13,338 bases of DNA from Bdellovibrionales bacterium (lineage in GTDB: Bacteria > Bdellovibrionota_C > UBA2361 > SZUA-149). Numbering within the stretch: the first letter of the stretch is position 1; each line of letters opens with the position of its first letter. Below the pieces are notes generated by a model. The model was given only the letters and a program-made list of their open reading frames with translations. It was not told the origin of the DNA and searched no databases. The stretch lies in NCBI GenBank assembly GCA_020434415.1, contig JAGRAW010000073.1, positions 1-13,338 of the forward strand, in the 5' to 3' direction. Positions 1-6,056 of this stretch are shown piece after piece. The position numbers and the translations under genes were made by a program.

Positions 1-710
1 CATACGACAAACGCAAACAGAAGATCGCTCGCGCAATGGCTAAAATACTCAATACCTCGGGCCTCTCATGGGGCATTCTCGGCACCGGAGAGCATTGTTC
101 GGGAGACCCGGCCCGCCGCCTAGGTGAAGAGAACCTCTTTCAGAGCGCCGCCAAGGTCAATCTGGAGACTCTCCGTAGTATTCGCTTCGAGAAGCTGGTT
201 GCCAACTGTCCACATTGCTTCAATACGCTTCGCAACGAGTATCCGGCTTTGGGCAACCTCGCGGAGGATCGTTCTGTCGAAGTAATCCACCACAGCATCT
301 TCATCAAATCGCTGTTGGCCGAAGGGCGCCTGTCGGTAGCGAAAGATTTCGATCGTGACCTCACCTACCACGATCCCTGCTATCTAGGCCGTTATAACGA
401 ACACTACGAAGAGCCTCGGGACGTGCTGGTGCAGCTCGGCTCGAAGCCCATCCGTGAAATGCGAGACAATCGCCAAACAGGGCTGTGCTGTGGCGCCGGC
501 GGCGGACACTACTGGTTCGACATGAAAGTCGGTGAGCGTGTCAATTCCCTCCGAGTCGATCAAGCCGCCGAAACAGGTGCTCCGGTTATCGCCACCGGCT
601 GTCCTTTCTGCATGCAGATGCTGGAGGATGGCGTCAAGCTCACAGGACGAGAGGAAACCTTGGCCGTCAAAGATCTCGCCGAGCTTGTTGCCGATGCGCT
701 GATCGAGTAG
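1..710 (+). CDS. C-terminal portion of an Fe-S oxidoreductase with cysteine-rich CCG domains (HdrD/GlcF/LutA-like); the 5' end lies upstream of the window
   Basis: The frame of the 36..710 ORF stays open back to nt 3 (YDKRKQKIARA precedes the first Met), so the gene is truncated by the window edge. The translation has the spacing of two CCG-type cysteine-rich modules: HCSGDP ... NCPHCFNTL ... DPCYLGRY ... GLCCGAGGGHYW ... ATGCPFCMQM. It ends with stop TAG at 708-710. Confidence 0.7.
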   Translation, partial: YDKRKQKIARAMAKILNTSGLSWGILGTGEHCSGDPARRLGEENLFQSAAKVNLETLRSIRFEKLVANCPHCFNTLRNEYPALGNLAEDRSVEVIHHSIFIKSLLAEGRLSVAKDFDRDLTYHDPCYLGRYNEHYEEPRDVLVQLGSKPIREMRDNRQTGLCCGAGGGHYWFDMKVGERVNSLRVDQAAETGAPVIATGCPFCMQMLEDGVKLTGREETLAVKDLAELVADALIE

Positions 711-748
711 CAACGCCCGTTACGCCGCCGCTACGATCATCGGGAGCC

Positions 749-1585
749 TCAGCGTGATGTCGAACGCGATCCCAGTCGAGCTCGAGCGTAGGCGAACGCC
801 AAATCAAAAGCTGTCGCAAAAGCTCCTGCTCCCGGCACAAGCTGAAGCGCTCGCCCAGCTTCGCTGCCCGCAAGCAGTATGGCGTCTCGTGCCGTAAAGG
901 ACCCTTGATCGACGCGCTCCGCTACCCGACGCAACTCTGTTAGCAGCCCGCTTGAGGCACCCGCCGCACCCAGCAGTCTTGCCGGTCCGGCTAGTCGCTC
1001 GCTGCGCCTTGCGAGCGAGACTCCGAGGGCAAGCGGATCCGCCACCTGAAGGATCTGCGTTGCGGTGCGAACGGCGGCATCAAACATACCTCCCAGCCCG
1101 CTCTTCTTCTTGTAATAGAGAACTCGAGGCACGCCGGTTTCCTTATCAAACGAAAAGCGAAAGCGACGCTTTCCGTCGTTCACCCGTAGCTCGTCTAGCG
1201 GGTTCGCCAGGAATTCTCTCAGCTCCGAGTCGAAGCGATCGATAACGCGATTTACCCATTGGTTGTGTCGTTCGCTCGTCCTAACCTCGTATTCGCATCT
1301 CGCTGGAAGCTTCTCGACCGGAATACCGTAGCGCAAACTAATCTCGGCCAATCGCCGGTTCTGTTCCCCCGTGAGGTTCGGGTTGCGCAGGCGAGCAAAT
1401 CCGAGTTCGCTCCATGCAAGGTACCCCTCTCGAGCGTTGCCCGTACCGCCGTTTCGACCGACGGCCTCTGCGACATCACGTCGCCACTGAGGCATAAGAA
1501 AATGCGCCAGTCCCTGAGCACTGAGCTCTCCCGAGTGCGCCGCTGTGGGAATATAGCCTGCCAAGTAAGGCTTTTCTGAAACCAT
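749..1585 (-). CDS. hypothetical protein (279 aa from ATG at 1585-1583; the ORF track starts it at a TTG at 1591)
   Basis: An 840-bp ORF convergent with the CCG gene. GGTAGGAAA-like purine tract lies ~9 nt upstream of the ATG on the - strand. The N-terminal two-thirds look globular (KPYLAGYIPTAAHSGE ... HNQWVNRVIDRFDSELREFL ... VLYYKKKSGLGGMFD). The C-terminal third is Ala/Gly/Leu/Arg-rich (LLGAAGASSGLL ... LVPGAGAFATAFDLAFAYARA). I could not place it in a family. The + strand ORFs overlapping it (952..1245, 1259..1579) are short and low-complexity. Confidence 0.5.
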   Translation of the reverse strand: MVSEKPYLAGYIPTAAHSGELSAQGLAHFLMPQWRRDVAEAVGRNGGTGNAREGYLAWSELGFARLRNPNLTGEQNRRLAEISLRYGIPVEKLPARCEYEVRTSERHNQWVNRVIDRFDSELREFLANPLDELRVNDGKRRFRFSFDKETGVPRVLYYKKKSGLGGMFDAAVRTATQILQVADPLALGVSLARRSERLAGPARLLGAAGASSGLLTELRRVAERVDQGSFTARDAILLAGSEAGRALQLVPGAGAFATAFDLAFAYARARLGSRSTSR

Positions 1586-1696
1586 GTGCAATTTCCTACC
1601 GTTCCTGTAGCCTTCAAAATTTACCGCTCACCGAAGAAGTATTCGCCGTTTTTCTGCAAAGGTTTCCGCTGTCGGAGTAAGCACTCCAAGGGTAGG

Positions 1697-1724
1697 CTGG
1701 TGCCCACCGCACGGTCGGCACCAG
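1697..1724. other. perfect 8-bp inverted repeat (CTGGTGCC / GGCACCAG) with a 12-nt loop, in the divergent intergenic region between the 279-aa gene and the TerB gene
   Basis: Read directly: ctggtgcc-caccgcacggtc-ggcaccag. No T-run follows on either strand, so it is not a canonical intrinsic terminator. It lies ~105 bp upstream of the - strand gene start and ~150 bp upstream of TerB. Confidence 0.3.
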
Positions 1725-1864
1725 TAAAAGGATATTGTCCCCCGAAGCCGGGAATCCAATAATGAGGGCGGACACTATCAGGTTTCTTGGCGACCGCGAC
1801 GATACAACGGGAGCGAAGCGTATTGGTGGGCTAGAGCGGCGCAAACGCAGGCTCTTTTAGCGTC

Positions 1865-1870
1865 AGGAGG
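1865..1870 (+). promoter_or_regulatory. Shine-Dalgarno sequence AGGAGG for the TerB-family gene
   Basis: AGGAGG lies 3 nt upstream of ATG 1874. The spacing is short but the motif is strong. Confidence 0.45.
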
Positions 1871-1873
1871 CGT

Positions 1874-2335
1874 ATGTTCGAGAAGATCAATCAGTTCCTA
1901 GCCGGGACGGCGAGCCTTGGAGTCGAATCCTCGGGACAGCCCACTGCGCGCGACTTGCAGATCGCGACAGCCGCGTTACTGGTCAAGATGGCCTTCGTCG
2001 ACGAGCGGCTGGCGGATGAAGAGATGAAAGCACTCGTCGGCAATCTCAATCGCCAGTTCCATCTCAGCGACACCGAGGCCGGAGATCTGTTGGAAGTCGC
2101 GGACTACCTTCGACGAGACCAGGCGAAACTCTCGGAATTGATCAACCTCATTCATAAACGCTTCGAGGAGGCTCAGCGCATCACCATCGTCGCAATGCTT
2201 TGCCGAGTCATGCACGCCGACGGCGTGGTCACGAAACTCGAAGCGCATCTTGCCAGTGAAGTCGCTCAATCCCTGAAGCTCTCCATCGCGCAGATTGAAG
2301 CGGCGCAGGAAATGGCCGAGACTGGTCAAGTGTGA
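1874..2335 (+). CDS. TerB-family (tellurite-resistance TerB-like) protein, 153 aa
   Basis: The translation is colinear with E. coli TerB as I recall it. N-terminus MFEKINQFLAG matches MSFFDKVKGAL. Two helical repeats each have a conserved acidic/hydrophobic core: IATAALLVKMAFVDERLADEEMKAL and ITIVAMLCRVMHADGVVTKLEAHL ... IAQIEAA. The length is typical for TerB (PF05099). Confidence 0.8.
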   Translation: MFEKINQFLAGTASLGVESSGQPTARDLQIATAALLVKMAFVDERLADEEMKALVGNLNRQFHLSDTEAGDLLEVADYLRRDQAKLSELINLIHKRFEEAQRITIVAMLCRVMHADGVVTKLEAHLASEVAQSLKLSIAQIEAAQEMAETGQV

Positions 2336-2369
2336 GCACCTAACGGCCCAACCACGCAGCTACGCTTTT

Positions 2370-2376
2370 AAGGAGA
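2370..2376 (+). promoter_or_regulatory. Shine-Dalgarno sequence AAGGAGA for the SPFH gene
   Basis: AAGGAGA lies 7 nt upstream of ATG 2384. Confidence 0.55.
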
Positions 2377-2383
2377 CTTTCAC

Positions 2384-3397
2384 ATGATCTTCAACATTCG
2401 AGAACAGCTTCGCTCCGTCATTGAATGGGAAAACGCCAACAAGGCGAACCTTTTCGAGCAATGGACCCGCAACGGCGACGAGATCAAGAACGCTTCGAAG
2501 CTCATCGTAAAGCCCGGCCAAGGCGTCATCTTTGTCTACGAAGGAAAGATCGAAGCCGTTCATCTCGACGAAGGTCTCTACAGTCTCGAAACGGCGAACA
2601 TTCCTTTCCTGACGACAATAACGAAGCTCCTCCAGTATTTCGAGAGTGAGCACAAAGTCGGCCTTTACTATTTTTGGCAGACTCAGTTTATCGATCAGAA
2701 GTGGGGCACCCCGACCACCATCAAGTACGATGATCCGGTCTACGGTTTCCCCGTAGCACTTCGTGCCCACGGTAACTTCAGCTTTCGAATAGACCGTCCG
2801 GAATTTTTCTTCGTCAATGTCGTCGGTGGAGAGCCGTTATTCACGGTTGAACAGGCCCGACGCACGATCGCCGACCGGTTCCTGCAAGAGCTAGGAGATG
2901 TGTTGGCGTCCTCGGGCTACAGCTATGCAGAAGTCGACCGAAATCGGGTCGAACTCGCAGCGCGCTTGACTGAAAGTCTAGCGCCGACCTGCGCCGCTCT
3001 CGGATTCCAACTGACCGACTTCCGAATCGAGGGCACAGACTTCGATGCCGACACCCAGGCGCGGATCGCGAGAATCGCGGATTTGACAGCCGAGGCCGAG
3101 GGAGCACGACGAGCAGGTCTCAGCTATGCCGAGCTCCAACGACTGGAGGCTCTCCGAGAAGCCGCCCGGAACGAAGGTGGGCTTGCAGGTGCCGGTGTCG
3201 GTCTCGGAGCAGGCCTTGGCATCGGACAAGCGTTTACCGCGGGAATGGCGCCGGGACTGCAACCGCCCCAGGCGGCAGCAGCGGCTCCTTTGGATCCGAC
3301 AGCGCGCCTGGCGCAACTCAAAGGCCTGCTTGACTCGAAGCTGATCAGCCAAGAAGAGTTTGATTCCAAGAAAGCGCAAATTCTGGCAGATCTGTAG
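2384..3397 (+). CDS. SPFH/band-7 (stomatin-prohibitin-flotillin-HflKC) domain protein of the COG4260 / Bacillus YdjI type, with a Gly/Ala-rich linker and a C-terminal SHOCT domain
   Basis: The N-terminal 230 aa align by eye with B. subtilis YdjI. VIEWENANKANLFEQWTRNGDEIKNASKLIVKPGQGVIFVYEGKIEAV corresponds to VVEWEEFRDDMIFYKWNNREIKKGSRLIIRPGQDAVFLNNGRVEGV. ETANIPFLTTI corresponds to ESEIIPFLSTL. A low-complexity linker follows: GGLAGAGVGLGAGLGIGQAFTAGMAPGLQPPQAAAAAPLDP (~3175-3295). The C-terminus ARLAQLKGLLDSKLISQEEFDSKKAQILADL (~3305-3394) fits the SHOCT consensus (L.eLk.LldkGlIteEEFe.kKakiL). Confidence 0.85.
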   Translation: MIFNIREQLRSVIEWENANKANLFEQWTRNGDEIKNASKLIVKPGQGVIFVYEGKIEAVHLDEGLYSLETANIPFLTTITKLLQYFESEHKVGLYYFWQTQFIDQKWGTPTTIKYDDPVYGFPVALRAHGNFSFRIDRPEFFFVNVVGGEPLFTVEQARRTIADRFLQELGDVLASSGYSYAEVDRNRVELAARLTESLAPTCAALGFQLTDFRIEGTDFDADTQARIARIADLTAEAEGARRAGLSYAELQRLEALREAARNEGGLAGAGVGLGAGLGIGQAFTAGMAPGLQPPQAAAAAPLDPTARLAQLKGLLDSKLISQEEFDSKKAQILADL

Positions 3398-3483
3398 TGT
3401 GCGATGAGCAAGATTCGCTCGTGCGCGTGCACCGGGTAACAACTCTTCCGAGTGCCTAATCCAAAGGACTTACGCAAGAGCGC

Positions 3484-4098
3484 ATGACCGTCCAGCAATA
3501 CAACTGCCCGACCTGCGGGGCACCGCTTCCTGTCGAGAACCGCTTTTCTCTGCAAGTAATCTGCAGCTACTGCGGCCAGTCCTCTCGGATTACTCCGCAG
3601 GGGCTTGACCCCAGCGGAGAGAAGGCGCTGCTCGCCGACTTCCCTTCTATCTTGTCAATCGGCGCTACAGGAATGCTCCGCGGCACACCGTTTAAAGTGC
3701 TCGGAATGCTTCGGTTCAAGTATGACGGCGGGTTCTGGGATGAATGGTTTCTGGCGCTGGACACCGGCAAAAAGCTTTGGCTGCAAGAAGACGAAGGCGA
3801 GTTCACCGCCTTCGAGAAAGAGCAGTTGACGTCACCGGTGCCGCCCTTCGAGGAAATGCAAGTGGGCTCCCTTGTTCCGGTCAACGGCAAGCAATTTTTC
3901 ATCATGGAAAAACGCCGCGCGGTGCTTGCCGGCGGCCGCGGCGAGCTGACTTTCGTTGTCACTCCCCACAGCGCCGTCGGCTGCGTAGATGGCAACGCCG
4001 GGGGGATCTTGATGAGCATCGAATATCTTCCGGATGAGATCAACCTTTCCTGGGGAGCGGAGGTCCCTCTCGAGGAGCTGCAAGTCGACGCTCCATGA
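3484..4098 (+). CDS. zinc-ribbon + DUF4178-like domain protein (YdjG-like partner of the SPFH protein), 204 aa
   Basis: The N-terminal CPTCGAPL ... CSYCGQ (nt 3505-3516 and 3562-3573) is a CxxC...CxxC zinc ribbon. The remaining ~150 aa (GTPFKVLGMLRFKYDGGFWDEWFLALDTGKKLWLQEDEGEF ...) match my recollection of the DUF4178 family pattern. It sits immediately downstream of the SPFH gene. The stop TGA 4096-4098 overlaps the next ATG (ATGA). Confidence 0.65.
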   Translation: MTVQQYNCPTCGAPLPVENRFSLQVICSYCGQSSRITPQGLDPSGEKALLADFPSILSIGATGMLRGTPFKVLGMLRFKYDGGFWDEWFLALDTGKKLWLQEDEGEFTAFEKEQLTSPVPPFEEMQVGSLVPVNGKQFFIMEKRRAVLAGGRGELTFVVTPHSAVGCVDGNAGGILMSIEYLPDEINLSWGAEVPLEELQVDAP

Positions 4099-5279
4099 GC
4101 GGCAAGTTCAAACCGGAATCGTTTCTCGCGCTGGGAAAAGAGTGTACCTATCGAGACGTCCGCTACCAAATCATCGGTCGGATCTGTAAAGAAGCACAAA
4201 TCAGCGAATGGGATGCTGAAGACCAACGCTACTATGATGAACCCTGGAGTTCCGACCTCTGGGTGTTGGTTGGCGCCCAGAAAGAGTATCTGTACATCAC
4301 GGAGGATCGCGAAGGCTATGCGATCTCGACCGCCTTCACACCCAGTGCTCCGAGCATCCCACCGGAAGATGCAAGAACGATGACGCTGGAGACAGCCACG
4401 CCTCCACGACGAATCTTGGAACGCGGCACTGCCAAAACTGTCTATTTCGAAGGCGAGTTTACCTGGACCCCAGCCATCGGAGACATCGACAAATACTGCG
4501 AGTATGATGCAGGCGGGGTTCGCTACAGCGTCGAATGGAAAGTGTCGCCTGACGGCGCGGGCATCGAAGAGGTCGAGTTTTTCGCGACCCGCCCCATCGG
4601 CAAGCTCGAGCTTGCCGAACTCTTCGGAGAACAGTCGATACTGGATGAAGCTCGCCGAGCGTCTCAGCATAAAGCACAGTACCGACAGTGGTCGGTGCTA
4701 TTCTGGGTGGCCGGAATGATCTCGACGCTCTTCGCTGTCACCGCCCTCTTTCGTGAAGGCACCCTCGTCGATCGCTTCGAAATCGAGATGGCCAAGATTG
4801 CTGACACCGGGCTCATTCGGGGCCCCTTTCAGCTTGATCAGGTGGGCCGGGTCCACGAGCTCGTGCTCAGCACCTCCATCCCCGACAACAGTGAAGCATG
4901 GGGAGCTGCAGAGCTTCTTAACGGTGAACAGGCAGCGATCAATGCGCTGGAGGGAGAATTTTGGCGGGAATCAGGGTATGACTCGGATGGGCACTGGTCA
5001 GAGAGCGACACCACCCATAGCAGGCTCTTCCGCCTCGACCACCCCGGAACCTACTATGTCCGTCTGATGGCCGACGGGGCATCGGCACCTGCGGCAACCC
5101 TGCGCTTCGAATTATACAAAGACGTACCGCTCGCCCGCTGGTATATTCTGACAACCCTGCTTTGCTTCGGGCTAGCGGTCGCGATGGTCAAATATCAGTC
5201 GACGAATCCCCTCTACATTGTCGCTGGGCTTTTCGCCGTCGGATATTTCGTGCTGTCGATGCTTGCCGACGATGATTGA
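4095..5279 (+). CDS. membrane protein with an N-terminal DUF4178-like soluble domain, one central TM helix, a ~125-aa intervening domain and a C-terminal double TM anchor (394 aa)
   Basis: It is translationally coupled to the previous gene through the ATGA at 4095-4098. The N-terminal ~190 aa repeat the pattern of the preceding protein: TYRDVRYQIIGRI ... EWDAED ... YDEPW ... LWVL versus TPFKVLGMLRF ... GGFWDEWFLAL. Hydrophobic segments: WSVLFWVAGMISTLFAVTALF (~nt 4689-4758), and WYILTTLLCFGLAVAMV ... LYIVAGLFAVGYFVLSML (~nt 5130-5265). Confidence 0.6.
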   Translation: MSGKFKPESFLALGKECTYRDVRYQIIGRICKEAQISEWDAEDQRYYDEPWSSDLWVLVGAQKEYLYITEDREGYAISTAFTPSAPSIPPEDARTMTLETATPPRRILERGTAKTVYFEGEFTWTPAIGDIDKYCEYDAGGVRYSVEWKVSPDGAGIEEVEFFATRPIGKLELAELFGEQSILDEARRASQHKAQYRQWSVLFWVAGMISTLFAVTALFREGTLVDRFEIEMAKIADTGLIRGPFQLDQVGRVHELVLSTSIPDNSEAWGAAELLNGEQAAINALEGEFWRESGYDSDGHWSESDTTHSRLFRLDHPGTYYVRLMADGASAPAATLRFELYKDVPLARWYILTTLLCFGLAVAMVKYQSTNPLYIVAGLFAVGYFVLSMLADDD

Positions 5280-5299
5280 CAGATCAAGGTAGGCCACGG

Positions 5300-5533
5300 A
5301 TGACGCCATTTTCGAAATTCTTGATTGCAACACTTGCCGGATCGGCACTGTTGCTTCCGTATTTTGCGTCGTCTCGCGGGTGGGGAGTCGGCTCAGAGCG
5401 AAACGCCGGCATCGCGGCGCTCGCTGCCCAGGACTGCCTCCGAAAGGATGCTGCCGGCCGCTGTATCGCCGGTCATCGAAGCTATTTTCGGCGCCGCAAT
5501 TACATCGGGGGCGGCATGCGCTCCGGCAAGTGA
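5300..5533 (+). CDS. possible small (77-aa) signal-peptide-bearing protein in the repeat-rich spacer; very tentative
   Basis: ATG 5300 is preceded by AAGGTAGG (5285-5292) at a 7-nt spacing. The translation is MTPFSKFLIATLAGSALLLPYFASS|RGWG..., which has a signal-peptide shape. The mature part is Gly/Arg-rich with 2 Cys. Codon usage is not clearly like the neighbouring genes, and it could be spurious. Confidence 0.2.
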   Translation: MTPFSKFLIATLAGSALLLPYFASSRGWGVGSERNAGIAALAAQDCLRKDAAGRCIAGHRSYFRRRNYIGGGMRSGK

Positions 5534-5535
5534 AC

Positions 5536-5565
5536 GGCACGCAGTGACCTCGCACGCAGTGACCT
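5536..5565. repeat. 15-bp tandem direct repeat x2 (sGCACGCAGTGACCT)
   Basis: ggcacgcagtgacct / cgcacgcagtgacct, read directly at 5536-5550 and 5551-5565. Confidence 0.9.
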
Positions 5566-5588
5566 GTCGAGGAGGGACCTATATGCAT

Positions 5589-5621
5589 GAAAAGCAGACC
5601 ATATACAGGAAAAGCAGACCA
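5589..5621. repeat. 13-bp direct repeat GAAAAGCAGACCA x2 with 20-bp periodicity
   Basis: gaaaagcagacca at 5589-5601 and again at 5609-5621. Confidence 0.9.
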
Positions 5622-5622
5622 C

Positions 5623-5667
5623 GCAATGAAGCGCGGGGCAATGAAGCGCGGGGCAATGAAGCGCGGG
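5623..5667. repeat. perfect 15-bp tandem direct repeat x3 (GCAATGAAGCGCGGG)
   Basis: gcaatgaagcgcggg occurs three times head-to-tail at 5623-5637, 5638-5652 and 5653-5667. It lies 44 bp upstream of the DUF350 start codon. Confidence 0.95.
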
Positions 5668-5695
5668 CTGAACAAGTCTTTGGCAATGACCACAC

Positions 5696-5700
5696 GGAGG
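5696..5700 (+). promoter_or_regulatory. Shine-Dalgarno sequence GGAGG for the DUF350 gene
   Basis: GGAGG lies 10 nt upstream of ATG 5711. Confidence 0.5.
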
Positions 5701-5710
5701 AACACCATCC

Positions 5711-5938
5711 ATGCATTCAACGTTTACCGGTAACCCTGTTGTAGACGGCGTCCTCGCCACGATACTCTATAGCGGCATCGGCATCTTGATGGCCTTCATC
5801 GCGTTCAAAGTCGTAGACATGATAACGCCTGGTGACCTTGGCAAGGCGATTTCCGAGAATAATCTGGCCATGGCAGTACTTGCCGGGTGCAGCATTCTCG
5901 GCATCAGCATCATTATTGCCGCGGCAATTGTCGGCTAG
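5711..5938 (+). CDS. DUF350 family small membrane protein (75 aa, two TM helices)
   Basis: MHSTFTGNPVVDGVLATILYSGIGILMAFIAFKVVDMITPGDLGKAISENNLAMAVLAGCSILGISIIIAAAIVG. The size, two hydrophobic helices, the central ITPxDL-E motif and the N-AVA-L-G-IL-AIII-AAI tail are as I remember DUF350 (PF03994). Confidence 0.75.
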   Translation: MHSTFTGNPVVDGVLATILYSGIGILMAFIAFKVVDMITPGDLGKAISENNLAMAVLAGCSILGISIIIAAAIVG

Positions 5939-6056
5939 GTCGCCGGAACTACCTCTCGCCAGTCCGGCAGCATCAAAGGCCGCGGCTGCCGGTGCGCTCT
6001 CCGGGCTCGGGCGACGCTGTCACACGGTTCTCGCCCGACGAAAAAGCGCCTAAGCA

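Noticed and set aside
1874-3397. PspA/IM30 gene expected next to the YdjI-like SPFH gene
   Set aside because: I searched the window for a ~220-aa all-coiled-coil product and found none. The helical protein upstream of SPFH has TerB-type sequence, not PspA-type heptads, so no PspA feature is called.
2360-3555. Minus-strand ORFs 2360..2770, 2978..3442, 3124..3555
   Set aside because: They are antisense to the SPFH gene, whose identity is strongly supported by similarity to YdjI. They are low-complexity translations.
3567-4670. 367-aa ORF on the minus strand
   Set aside because: It is entirely antisense to the two DUF4178-like genes. The translation is Ser/Pro/Arg/Gly-rich low complexity, typical of the opposite strand of GC-rich coding DNA. 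There is no RBS.
5536-5667. Possible CRISPR array
   Set aside because: The units are 13-15 bp, directly abutting or 7 bp apart, with no spacers of 25-40 bp. No cas genes are present. It is not CRISPR.
5172-5744. ORFs 5172..5720 (-) and 5325..5744 (+) with peptide repeats FIAPRFIAPRFIA / EARGNEARGNEARA
   Set aside because: The peptide repeats are just translations of the 15-bp DNA tandem repeat. The ORFs span the intergenic spacer, overlap the DUF350 start and have no RBS. They are treated as non-coding repeats.
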